A DNA stretch of 63,728 bases, filler included. It is 8 parts of 8 records of this genome, joined end to end, with 100 filler letters (N's around TTAATTAATTAA, not from the genome) between each part and the next. Parts side by side here need not be neighbours in the genome. Positions count along the whole stretch, not along the records: positions 1 to 13,206 come from SRR31147125_28340; positions 13,307 to 22,662 come from SRR31147125_28398; 6 more parts are not named here. One strand, written 5' to 3'. Position 1 is the stretch's first letter. Each line of letters begins with the position of its first letter. Positions 11,060 to 20,480 of the stretch are shown here, piece by piece. The translations under genes and the position numbers were made by a program. Under the pieces are notes generated by a model. It was not told where the DNA came from, made no database searches, and saw only the letters and a program-made list of their open reading frames with translations.

Positions 11060-12154
11060 CTATATCTCCAATATTACTGGCAGCTTATACTCGGCCGACG
11101 CACAACTTACATTCTTTTTTGGCCATGCTCCACACGCGGATAAAATCTCTCCGCCATCAGCTCCACTAAGCACCATCTCTTCTACTTTCGCGCCAGTCAC
11201 TGTTATAAACCAGTTAAACAATACACCCTCTGTTATTTCCCAGTCATCAATAATAGGTTGTGCTGATCCTGTAAAGTATCCGCATACTGCACCTGGGTAG
11301 TGATTAAAAAACTCATTCTCATACCCAAACTCTTTTAAAAGTTCACGGCGTTTATCAATAATATTCCACATGCTTTTTCCAACTGCACACATAGAAGCAG
11401 CATTTGCTAGCATCCTATTCAAACATGCATATTTTTCTGCCAATTCCACATCAGCCTTCCCAAAGCTCATCATGCGCGTAATATATATATTCATACCACC
11501 TTTACACGTCCCTGGGTGAATCAACAGCGTTTTCTCAATTTTTTTATCCGATGGATTAGGATGGCGATACTTTTTGATGCGCTCATCACTTCCTATTAAC
11601 AACGTTTTAAATCCAAAACCGTTTTCAATAAATTTTTTAGCGGTAATGATTTCAACTTCTTTTTCCGTCATCCCTCTACCGACTTCACCTGCAACTTGCA
11701 TGATTACTTCATCCGCTTGCTTGCAATATAATCGATACCGTTCAATTTCTGTCGGCATCAAAGGATATTGCAACTGAGCAATCTCTAGCGGTCTGTATTC
11801 AGCTCCATCTATTTGCATATCCGACACACATACGCCATCAGCAAGCATCAACGCTTTTTCTTCCTTTGAGCATTCCATCCAGCCTAAAGAAATTTTTTCT
11901 ATATCCAACCCAGCCAGCTCATCATCGTATATTCGATCAGCGTCCATTTTCTGAGCAATTAGATAAACCTTCTCTTTTGTTATCAGCAATATGCCAAATC
12001 CTGCTTCGCTCGTCCAAAAAATTTTATTATTCCCACCACCAGTCATCCAAGCAAAATTTTCTCTACTGCCAAGTATCATTGCCTCCATACAGTTTAGGCT
12101 CAAATACATTCTGATTCTATCAAGTTTTTCATTATACTCAACTGTATTAACCAT
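11060..12154 (-). CDS. M24 (creatinase/prolidase-fold) hydrolase
   Basis: NFAWMTGG N-terminal domain, YRHPNPS, ITRMMSFG, NHYPGAVCGY, GAKVEE. Confidence 0.7.
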   Translation of the reverse strand: MVNTVEYNEKLDRIRMYLSLNCMEAMILGSRENFAWMTGGGNNKIFWTSEAGFGILLITKEKVYLIAQKMDADRIYDDELAGLDIEKISLGWMECSKEEKALMLADGVCVSDMQIDGAEYRPLEIAQLQYPLMPTEIERYRLYCKQADEVIMQVAGEVGRGMTEKEVEIITAKKFIENGFGFKTLLIGSDERIKKYRHPNPSDKKIEKTLLIHPGTCKGGMNIYITRMMSFGKADVELAEKYACLNRMLANAASMCAVGKSMWNIIDKRRELLKEFGYENEFFNHYPGAVCGYFTGSAQPIIDDWEITEGVLFNWFITVTGAKVEEMVLSGADGGEILSACGAWPKKNVSCASAEYKLPVILEI

Positions 12155-12220
12155 CTTATTTCAAACAAGCCTCCTGCTTGTAACGCATTTTCATTTTTAC
12201 TTTTATTATATTTTAGTGTA

Positions 12221-12248
12221 ACTGTAATATTATGAAGAGCATTGTCAA
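12221..12248 (-). promoter_or_regulatory. Putative sigma-A promoter for the sugar operon
   Basis: Minus-strand TTGACA (12248-12243), 16-nt spacer, TACAGT. Confidence 0.45.
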
Positions 12249-12981
12249 TATTTCTTTTTGTATGTTATATTTATAAAAATAAGTGGTTTCCCGCGTCTTT
12301 TTTCACATTATAGCATACAAAATATTATATTACAATATATTTTTTGTATTTTGTAATTAAATTTCAGTATTTTTTTCATTTACTATTTATTTTTTTGAAA
12401 CTGCTTGTTTTTATATTAAGTGTTGTTTAAAACATAGGAATAAATGAAATGAGTGGTTTTTTGCAATAGTTATTAGTATTATAAATAAAAGTATGGTACT
12501 GGAGAAGTAACAAAGTGAAAAAAACTCTAATTATTGCATTAAGAAACGCAAATTTCTCAATCAATACCAATACCATACATTTGTATTTTACAATAATTCT
12601 TGTTTTTTCGCTAGAACAAAATAGCAATTTCATAAACTGCGCAAAACAAATAAGGTTTATCCCGCAAGAAAAACCCATTTCATCCCTTCGTATAAACCAT
12701 ACCCCTACTATCACATGCTTAGCAATATTGTCGCTATCATCAATTCGATCGTTCAATATTGTAACTGGTAAACTAAAATAGATAGTTTATATTGACTTAA
12801 ACGGTCATATTGAAATAATTTATAAATTTAAAGATGTAATTTCAGATTTTCTTCAAAAAAAGCAGTTAAATGAGCAATGAAAAATTTAAATTCGAGTATT
12901 AACACAATTAACACTTTTTGCCTAAAATCTAAAAAATTATCATCGTATTTTTTGATAAACGGCTATAAGGTGCTATAATAA

Positions 12982-13008
12982 AGGCACATTCAAATGTTGA
13001 ATGTGCCT
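12982..13008 (-). terminator. Perfect 12-bp inverted repeat, possible terminator
   Basis: AGGCACATTCAA-ATG-TTGAATGTGCCT, followed by a T-rich run on the minus strand. Confidence 0.5.
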
Positions 13009-13052
13009 CAAATCGTTAGAAGGACTTTTATTTTTTGTGTCCATTCCAGTAC

Positions 13053-13198
13053 TTTGGCGGAGAGATAGGGATTCGGACACAGTTTTCTTCATCCGCCACT
13101 TGGCGGCGTCAGCTTTAGTCGAATCCCTTTACATTTTCAATCAACAAAAAAACATACCTAATGGTATGCTTTTTGTTTGGCGGAGAGATAGGGATTCG
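13053..13198 (-). repeat. 23-bp direct repeat of the tRNA-Ser 3' end
   Basis: TTTGGCGGAGAGATAGGGATTCG at 13053-13075 and 13176-13198. Confidence 0.9.
13143..13175 (-). terminator. Intrinsic terminator directly after tRNA-Ser
   Basis: Minus strand reads CATACC-ATTA-GGTATG-TTTTTTT. Confidence 0.65.
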
Positions 13199-13206
13199 AA
13201 CCCTAG
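13178..13206 (-). tRNA. tRNA 3' fragment, probably tRNA-Ser, cut by the contig end
   Basis: Minus strand CTAGGGTTCGAATCCCTATCTCTCCGCCA contains the T-arm, the acceptor 3' strand, discriminator G and CCA. The anticodon is not visible. Confidence 0.8.
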
Positions 13207-13306
13207 NNNNNNNNNNNNNNNNNNNNNNNNNNNNNNNNNNNNNNNNNNNNTTAATTAATTAANNNNNNNNNNNNNNNNNNNNNNNNNNNNNNNNNNNNNN
13301 NNNNNN
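13207..13306. other. Artificial contig linker
   Basis: N44-TTAATTAATTAA-N44, with stop codons in all six frames. Confidence 0.99.
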
Positions 13307-13308
13307 TA

Positions 13309-13539
13309 GAATCGCCATATAATACCTATAAATATGTAGGGCTCCCGCCTGGGCCAATCTGTTTTCCGACGATTGCCGCAATCGATGCTGTTTTAGATTA
13401 CGAAGACCACAAATATATTTACATGTGTTCTAAAGAAGACTTTTCAGGTTACCACAACTTTGCCCGAACGCTGGGACAACACAATAGAAATGCAAAAAAA
13501 TACCACAAAACCCTAGACGACAGGAAAATTTACAAGTAG
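13309..13539 (+). CDS. mltG: Endolytic transglycosylase MltG, 3' fragment
   Basis: Manual translation: ESPYNTYKYVGLPPGPICFPTIAAIDAVL...YMCSKEDFSGYHNFARTL. Confidence 0.9.
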   Translation, partial: ESPYNTYKYVGLPPGPICFPTIAAIDAVLDYEDHKYIYMCSKEDFSGYHNFARTLGQHNRNAKKYHKTLDDRKIYK

Positions 13540-13552
13540 AATTCACATAAGT

Positions 13553-13616
13553 TGTCATTCCTGCGAAAGTAGGAATCTCCTATTCGCGATGAGATTCCCT
13601 CTTTCGAGGGAATGGT
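13553..13616. repeat. Palindromic REP/dRS3-like doublet between convergent genes
   Basis: GTCATTCCTGCGAAAGTAGGAATCTC...GAGATTCCCTCTTTCGAGGGAATG. The second unit matches ATTCCC-N8-GGGAAT. Confidence 0.7.
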
Positions 13617-13623
13617 AAAAACA

Positions 13624-14640
13624 TCAGACACAATTCACTTCCCTATCCAACTCAACGCCAAATTTCTCGTTTACCGACTGCTTAATTTTTTCGGAAAGGT
13701 TATAAATATCTTTTCCCGTGGCATTTCCGTGGTTTACCAAAACCAGTGCTTGCTGGTCGTGTACTCCGGCATCGCCTTCGCGGTGGCCTTTCCAACCACA
13801 TTGTTCGATTAACCAGCCGGCTGCCAGTTTCATATTTCCGTCTTCGGAATTGTACACCGGAATATCGGAATATTTTTGTTGAAGTTGTTCTGCTACACCG
13901 GCATCAACGACCGGATTTTTAAAGAAACTACCTGCGCTGCCCAGCTCTTTTACATCGGGCAATTTCGACGAACGAATATCAACCACAGCTTTACGAATAT
14001 TACGCAAATTAACCTCACCTATTTCTTTCACTTTCGATTCAAGGTGTCCGTAGTTAAGGTTGAATTCAGGAAACTTTTCGAGCTTAAATATTACAGAAGT
14101 AATGATTTGTTTATTCTTAAGGCTACTTTTAAAAATGCTGTTTCGGTATTCAAATTTACATTCGGCTAAAGAAAACTCAGTCATTGTCTGTCTTTCCAAA
14201 TCGTAAGCTTTTACCTTTTCAATTACATTGCTAATTTCCTGGCCGTAAGCTCCAATATTTTGCACAGGGGCAGCACCAACCATTCCCGGAATAAGCGACA
14301 AATTTTCCACGCCTCCCAAACCGTATTCAACAGCATGTTGCACAAATTCATCCCACACTTCGCCTGCTCCCACCTCAATCCACTCAAAGTTCCGGTCTTC
14401 GTACACTGTTGTAATCCCCGGCACTTTAGGAACAATTACTAATCCATCAAAATCGTCGAGAAAAAGCATATTACTCCCCTCGCCCAATATCAGCAGGTTT
14501 TCATCTTTCCAGCTTTTATTCGAATTCAGAAAGACGTCGATATCTTGCGGTTCGGTAAATTCAAAAAAATATTTGGCTTTGGCGGCAATGCCAAAAGTAT
14601 TGTAATTTTTAAGTGAAAAATCTTCAGAGAAACGAATCAT
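13624..14640 (-). CDS. murB: UDP-N-acetylmuramate dehydrogenase
   Basis: NTFGI, LGEGSN, IPGMVGAAPVQNIGAYG, GSAGSFFKNP, HDQQALVLVN. Confidence 0.97.
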   Translation of the reverse strand: MIRFSEDFSLKNYNTFGIAAKAKYFFEFTEPQDIDVFLNSNKSWKDENLLILGEGSNMLFLDDFDGLVIVPKVPGITTVYEDRNFEWIEVGAGEVWDEFVQHAVEYGLGGVENLSLIPGMVGAAPVQNIGAYGQEISNVIEKVKAYDLERQTMTEFSLAECKFEYRNSIFKSSLKNKQIITSVIFKLEKFPEFNLNYGHLESKVKEIGEVNLRNIRKAVVDIRSSKLPDVKELGSAGSFFKNPVVDAGVAEQLQQKYSDIPVYNSEDGNMKLAAGWLIEQCGWKGHREGDAGVHDQQALVLVNHGNATGKDIYNLSEKIKQSVNEKFGVELDREVNCV

Positions 14641-14764
14641 ACAAATAAATTTTATGCAAAGATTGTAAATTATTATCGATTAATAAAGATTGATTATTTA
14701 GGCGAAACAAAATATATACGCTTCTTAAAAGTTCTATATTTACAGGTTAAATAGTAATACTACA

Positions 14765-15868
14765 TTGAATTCAGCAAACAAAAGAATTATAGTTTCGGTT
14801 ACCAACGACCTTGTTTCCGATAACCGGGTACACAAAATTTGTTCGTCGCTCGAAAAAATGGGCTTCGAAGTGTTGTTGGTTGGTCGTAAACGTCCGTGGA
14901 ATTCGCCGGTAAAACGCACATACTCCACAAAACGGATGAAACTACTTTTCAAAAAAGGCCCGTGTTTTTATGCCGAATATAATTTCCGACTTTTTCTTTT
15001 CCTGCTGTTTGCAAAGGCCGATGTTTTTCTTTCGAACGATTTAGATTCGTTGACCGCAAATTTTTTTGCGGCTAAAATCAGGAATAAAAAATTGGTTTAC
15101 GACAGCCACGAATATTTCACCGAAGTTCCCGAATTAATTAACCGCCCAAAAGTGCAGCGCGTTTGGGAGTGGCTGGAGCAGAAAATGGTTCCTAAACTTG
15201 AAAATGCTTACACGGTTTGCGATTCGATTGCAAAGATTTACACCGAAAAATATGGAGTAAATTTTAAGGTGGTAAGAAATATTCCGGTGGCACAAAAACA
15301 TTCAATTCAAAAGATTGAAAATTCATCAAGAATAATCCTGTATCAAGGTGCAATAAATATTGGACGTGGATTAAAAGAAGCTATTCTGTCAATGCATTTT
15401 ATTGCTGACGCGAAACTAATTATTGCCGGCGATGGCGATATAAAAACAGAATTAGAAGCTCTTGTTGCAAAAGAAAATCTCGGAGATAAAGTAGAATTTG
15501 CAGGTCGCTTGCCACTTGAAAAACTTGCGGAATTAACGGTACAGGCCAACTTGGGATTATCGATTGAAGAAGACCTTGGATTGAATTATCGTTTTGCACT
15601 CCCAAATAAATTGTTCGACTACATTCAGGCACAAGTTCCGGTTTTGGTTACCAATTTACCCGAAATGGCCGCCATTGTAAACCAATATAAAATTGGAAAA
15701 ATTACGGATTCTTTGGAGCCCAAAATTCTTGCAAAAGAAATTGAAGAAGCTTTAAATAATTCGGAAAAAAGAAAAATCTGGAAAGAGAATTTAAGGCACG
15801 CAGCAAATGAATTGACATGGGAGAAAGAAGAAAAGATTCTTCAGGAGATTTATTCAAATTTGATTTAG
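14765..15868 (+). CDS. GT4-family glycosyltransferase
   Basis: VYDSHEYF, LYQGAINIGRG, ALPNKLFDY. Confidence 0.9.
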   Translation: MNSANKRIIVSVTNDLVSDNRVHKICSSLEKMGFEVLLVGRKRPWNSPVKRTYSTKRMKLLFKKGPCFYAEYNFRLFLFLLFAKADVFLSNDLDSLTANFFAAKIRNKKLVYDSHEYFTEVPELINRPKVQRVWEWLEQKMVPKLENAYTVCDSIAKIYTEKYGVNFKVVRNIPVAQKHSIQKIENSSRIILYQGAINIGRGLKEAILSMHFIADAKLIIAGDGDIKTELEALVAKENLGDKVEFAGRLPLEKLAELTVQANLGLSIEEDLGLNYRFALPNKLFDYIQAQVPVLVTNLPEMAAIVNQYKIGKITDSLEPKILAKEIEEALNNSEKRKIWKENLRHAANELTWEKEEKILQEIYSNLI

Positions 15869-15935
15869 TTACAATTGCTCAATATTTTATTGATTATCAC
15901 CTTATTTGAATTATTTTTGCAATAACAACAAAGTT

Positions 15936-16145
15936 ATGCACCGAGTAGTAATTAACATACCAGATAATAAATTCAATTCCTTTATGGAACTTCTAAAAAA
16001 CATTGGCATAAATAAAATAGAGGAACTAACTCCAGAACAAGTTAAATATGCCGATGGATTAAACCAGGCTTTAGACGAAGTGCAAGAACACCTCGAAGGC
16101 AAAAAATATCTTTCTGATGCCAAAGACTTCCTCGAAGAATTATAG
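15936..16145 (+). CDS. Putative antitoxin
   Basis: Small acidic ORF overlapping the downstream RelE-like gene. A TAnnTTTG promoter motif lies at 15912-15919. Confidence 0.7.
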   Translation: MHRVVINIPDNKFNSFMELLKNIGINKIEELTPEQVKYADGLNQALDEVQEHLEGKKYLSDAKDFLEEL

Positions 16146-16470
16146 AATTGTAGTTACTTCAAATTTCAGAAAAGAAGCAAAAACTCTGTCGAAGAAATAT
16201 CCTTCTTTAAAAACAGATCTATTTAATCTTATAAATAAACTTGAAAAAAATCCACAAACAGGAATCTCTTTGGGGAAGGATTGTTTTAAAATTAGAATGG
16301 CTATCTCTTCTAAAGGCAAAGGGAAAAGTGGAGGAAGCCGTATTATTACCTGTGTAAAAGTAGTTGCATCAACAGTTTTCTTATTATCAATCTACGATAA
16401 ATCGAAAAAAGAAGGTTTGGCAGACAAGGAACTAAATTTATTATTGGAATTGGCAGGTTTAAAAATTTGA
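16117..16470 (+). CDS. RelE/ParE-family toxin
   Basis: FRKEAKTLSKKYPSL, KIRMAISSKGKGKSGGSRII, LLSIYDKS. Confidence 0.85.
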   Translation: MPKTSSKNYRIVVTSNFRKEAKTLSKKYPSLKTDLFNLINKLEKNPQTGISLGKDCFKIRMAISSKGKGKSGGSRIITCVKVVASTVFLLSIYDKSKKEGLADKELNLLLELAGLKI

Positions 16471-17181
16471 TTCCAACAAACTCTCAAAGGCAATTTCTTC
16501 GGTATTTTTAGCCGAATCGGAAAGTTTGCCGTTGGCGCAAACCAGTGTACGCGCCGGTTTTTTCGATATTGAAGCATAATCGTGGGTAGCCATTAAAATG
16601 GTTTTTCCCTCTTCGTTTAAACGTATAAATAAATCGAGAATTTCTTCTGAAGTTTCCGGGTCGAGATTTCCGGTGGGTTCGTCGGCAAGAATAATTTCAG
16701 GTTTATTTAAAATGGCCCGAGCAATTACCACACGCTGCTGTTCTCCACCACTTAACTGATGCGGCATTTTATCTTTTTCATCGCTCATGCCAACCACTTC
16801 TAACACATTTTTTACGCGTTCATTAATTATATTTTTCACTTTCCATCCGGTTGAATGTAAAACAAACGACAAATTATCGAATACGTTTCTGTCGTTCAGC
16901 AAACGGAAATCCTGAAAAACGACACCCAATTTTCGTCGCAATTCAGAAACCTGTTTCGATTTTATTCCTTTTAAAGGAAAATCCAACACACTCCCTTCAC
17001 CCTCAATCAAAGGCAGTTCAGCATTTAACGTTTTAATCAGGCTGGTTTTCCCGGTTCCAACTTTTCCAATTATGTATATAAACTCACCCGCTTCCACATC
17101 CAAATTCACATCCGATAAAATCAGATTTTCGCGCTGATAGATGGCTGATCCTGCCAACTGTATTACTTTTTTCTTGTCCAT
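16459..17181 (-). CDS. ftsE: FtsE-like ABC ATPase
   Basis: GKVGTGKT, VVFQDFRLLNDR, LSGGEQQRVVIARA, ADEPTGNLDP. Confidence 0.8.
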   Translation of the reverse strand: MDKKKVIQLAGSAIYQRENLILSDVNLDVEAGEFIYIIGKVGTGKTSLIKTLNAELPLIEGEGSVLDFPLKGIKSKQVSELRRKLGVVFQDFRLLNDRNVFDNLSFVLHSTGWKVKNIINERVKNVLEVVGMSDEKDKMPHQLSGGEQQRVVIARAILNKPEIILADEPTGNLDPETSEEILDLFIRLNEEGKTILMATHDYASISKKPARTLVCANGKLSDSAKNTEEIAFESLLESNF

Positions 17182-17397
17182 ATTAATGAATTACCCTCTA
17201 AAGTAAATTGAAAATATTTAGCATCATATATAATAAACGAAAGAAATAAACAGTTTCTTGTTAAGAATTACAATGTTTTATAGAATTTCAGACAAACGAT
17301 TATAACTATTTTAGATTCCTTATAGAATTTTGTTTTAGAAAAAACCACAAAATATTGCAGCCAGTTATTAATTCACTAAAAATGAGACAGTAAAAGC

Positions 17398-20300
17398 ATG
17401 AAGACAATTCGTTTTTTTATATCCATCGGGCTCATCTTTTTCTTTCATCAACAAATATTGGCGCAGGAAACTGCCTATTTTAGCGACGTAAAGAAAAGGA
17501 TTGATGTTGCCAAGGAACTTTATCAACAAAAAAAGTACGTTTCAACCTTCCGCGAATTCGAAAAGATTCAATCTCAGGTTGATGAAAACTCAGAGCTTTA
17601 CTCCGAAGCAGAGTATTTCAAAGCAGCTTCGGCGTTGCACGCGGGCTACGGTTCGGGCAGCAAACTAATGTCTACTTTCATTAAAAGATATCCTGAAAGT
17701 CCATACATTAACCAGGCTTGGTTAAACATTGGCAAAAACCAATTCAACAAGAAACAATATAAACTGGCTATTCGCAGCTTTCAGAATGTCGACCGCTTCG
17801 ATTTATCGGAAACCGACAAAACAGAACTACAATATCAAAATGGTTATGCCAACCTTATGGAAGGCAATACCGACAAGGCTCTTGCTGAATTTCAAGAGGT
17901 GATGAACACCAATAATCTTTACAGCAAACCGGCAACCTACTACTGTGCTCATATTGAATATTTAAACGAAAATTACGATGCAGCACTCAATGGTTTCAGA
18001 AAATTACAAAACGACCCGGCTTACTCGCAGGTAATTCCAATTTATGTTAGCCACATTTATTACAAGCAGGAAAATTACCACGAAGTTGTAAATTACACCA
18101 CATCGATACTTAACGATGTGCAAGACGAGCACAAAGCCGAACTTTCGAAACTTATTGGAGATTCATATTTTCATTTAAAACAATACAAAGAAGCAATTCC
18201 ATTCCTTGAAACCTCGTTTGAAACAGGAGGCACTAAAACCCGCGAAGAAAATTACATTTTAGGCTTTTGTTACTACCACGTAGCAGAATACGAAAAAGCG
18301 GCTCCTCTGCTCGAGAAAGCAACCACCGGCGAAGATGAACTTACACAAAACGCCCTTTATCATCTGGCCGATTGTTTGGTAAAACTCAACGAAAAAGAAC
18401 GGGCTAAAACAGCTTTTAATGCAGCTGCTGAGTTCGATTTCAACCCGGAGATTAAAGAAGATGCGCTTTTCAGTTATGCAAAACTTACCTACGAACTTTC
18501 GTATTCGCCATTTAACGAAACCATAAAAGCCTTCGACAGATACATTAGCGAATATCCAAGTTCGGAAAGAAATGCCGAAGCTTACAAAATTTTGGTGGAT
18601 GTGTACATGGTGACAAAAAATTATAATGACGCCATTGCTTCTATCGAAAAAATTCAGAATAAAACACCAGATATTTTACGAGCTTACCAACGCGTAACAT
18701 TTTACCGCGGACTGGAACAGTTCAACAATGCCAATTACAACGAAGCGCTCGACAATTTCGATTTATCGTTGCAAAACAGCAAATACAACACCGAGCTAAA
18801 ATCGCGTGCGTTGTACTGGAAATCGGAAGCACTTTACCGTGTTGGTGATTACAACAATGCAGCATCGGCTTATTACCGATTCTCGCAAACCTCGGGCTCT
18901 ACATCAATAAAAGAAGCCGACAATGCCAATTACAACCAGGGTTACGTTTATTTAAAAATGAACGACAAAGAAACTGCATTTAAACATTTCTCGAATTACG
19001 TGAATAAAATGCAGGGAAAACGCACTCCCGAAGTTGCCGACGCCTTAAACCGAATTGGCGATTATTATTTTATGAAAACCAATTATAGCCTGGCCGTTGA
19101 CAACTATAGAAAAGCACTCAGCATTCGCACTTACGAAGCCGATTATGCTATACTTCAGATTGCTTTTTGCCAGGGACTTCAACGTAATCAACAGGATAAA
19201 ATCAGAAGTTTAAACCAACTTTTAACAGATTTTCCTGAATCGGAATACCAGGATGATGCCTTGTACGAACTGGGTCGCGCCAACGAACGCATTGGCAAAA
19301 ACTACGATGCAGTTCAGCAATACGAACAGATTGTAAATAATTATCCGGCAAGTAATTATTACCGAAAAGCACTGCTGCAGCTAGGTTTGGTAAATTACAA
19401 CAATGGCGATTTTAGAAAAGCACTAAAACAATACAAAGAAGTAGCCGAAAACTACAAAGGTACCGAAGAAGCACAATCGGCACTTTCGGGCATAAAAAAC
19501 TGCTACGTTGAGCTAAATAATGTTGATGCTTATTTTGCCTACACCAAACGTTTGGGTGGCAATGTAAATGTTACGGCTACAGAACAAGACCAAATGACAT
19601 ACACAGCGGCAGAACGTTTATACATGGCCGGAAAAGAAGGAGCAGCTGAGCAAATGCAACAGTACCTGAACAAATTTCCCAACGGCAGTTATAAAGTAAA
19701 CGCTAATTTTTATTTGGCTGAAATGCTTTACAAAGAAGGCCAGTACCAACAGGCCGGCGAACACTATACTTTTGTGGCTCAACAACCCGACAATATTTTT
19801 AGCGAACCGGCATTGCAAAAAGCTTCGGAAATGGCTTTTTCAAACGGGAATTATTCTGAAGCTTTATCGATGTTTAACCGTTTAGAAAAAATTGCAAACA
19901 GCAAGTGGAACATTCTACATGCAAACATTGGCCAAATGCGCTGTTATTTAATCAACGAAAATTATCAACAAGCCATTGCAGCCGCTAAAAAGGTAAAAAA
20001 ATCGGATGTTGTAAACGATGCCATGAAAAACGAAGCAGACTTTGCCATCGGGAAATCGAACTACCTACTTGGTAATTTAAACTCGGCTATCGATCCGCTA
20101 AAAGATGTTGCCAAAGACACAAAACTGGAAGCAGGAGCAGAAGCAAAATATTTACTGTCGAAACTTTATTACAAGAACAACAATAAGGCAAAATCGGAAC
20201 AAGAAATTATTGACTTTGTCGACAAAGGCACGCCTTACACCTACTGGCTGGGAAAATCGTTCTTATTACTGGCCAGTATTTACGAAGACAATGGCGATCC

Positions 20301-20469
20301 GTTTCAGGCAAAACACACTCTAAAAAGTTTAGCAGAAAATTACAATAGCGAAACCGATGGTGTTAAAGAAGAAGCCACAAGAAGACTGAATATCATTATA
20401 GAAAAAGAAGCGCAACAACAGCAAAACGCCGTTGACAGTTCGTTCCAGATGGAAATTAAACAAAACTAA
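17398..20469 (+). CDS. Exported tetratricopeptide-repeat protein
   Basis: Signal peptide followed by many TPR-like helical repeats. Confidence 0.9.
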   Translation: MKTIRFFISIGLIFFFHQQILAQETAYFSDVKKRIDVAKELYQQKKYVSTFREFEKIQSQVDENSELYSEAEYFKAASALHAGYGSGSKLMSTFIKRYPESPYINQAWLNIGKNQFNKKQYKLAIRSFQNVDRFDLSETDKTELQYQNGYANLMEGNTDKALAEFQEVMNTNNLYSKPATYYCAHIEYLNENYDAALNGFRKLQNDPAYSQVIPIYVSHIYYKQENYHEVVNYTTSILNDVQDEHKAELSKLIGDSYFHLKQYKEAIPFLETSFETGGTKTREENYILGFCYYHVAEYEKAAPLLEKATTGEDELTQNALYHLADCLVKLNEKERAKTAFNAAAEFDFNPEIKEDALFSYAKLTYELSYSPFNETIKAFDRYISEYPSSERNAEAYKILVDVYMVTKNYNDAIASIEKIQNKTPDILRAYQRVTFYRGLEQFNNANYNEALDNFDLSLQNSKYNTELKSRALYWKSEALYRVGDYNNAASAYYRFSQTSGSTSIKEADNANYNQGYVYLKMNDKETAFKHFSNYVNKMQGKRTPEVADALNRIGDYYFMKTNYSLAVDNYRKALSIRTYEADYAILQIAFCQGLQRNQQDKIRSLNQLLTDFPESEYQDDALYELGRANERIGKNYDAVQQYEQIVNNYPASNYYRKALLQLGLVNYNNGDFRKALKQYKEVAENYKGTEEAQSALSGIKNCYVELNNVDAYFAYTKRLGGNVNVTATEQDQMTYTAAERLYMAGKEGAAEQMQQYLNKFPNGSYKVNANFYLAEMLYKEGQYQQAGEHYTFVAQQPDNIFSEPALQKASEMAFSNGNYSEALSMFNRLEKIANSKWNILHANIGQMRCYLINENYQQAIAAAKKVKKSDVVNDAMKNEADFAIGKSNYLLGNLNSAIDPLKDVAKDTKLEAGAEAKYLLSKLYYKNNNKAKSEQEIIDFVDKGTPYTYWLGKSFLLLASIYEDNGDPFQAKHTLKSLAENYNSETDGVKEEATRRLNIIIEKEAQQQQNAVDSSFQMEIKQN

Positions 20470-20480
20470 ATTCAGAAATC

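Noticed and set aside
12427..12781. Overlapping 109-aa and 88-aa ORFs on opposite strands
   Set aside because: AT-rich region, no recognisable motifs or convincing SD; probably spurious or decayed sequence.
13053..13198. Possible CRISPR array
   Set aside because: Only two repeats, tRNA-derived, 100-bp spacer and no cas genes. No CRISPR array was seen anywhere in the window.
13001..13258. 85-aa ORF with a repeated VWRRDRDS motif
   Set aside because: Antisense translation of the duplicated tRNA 3' end, running into the linker.
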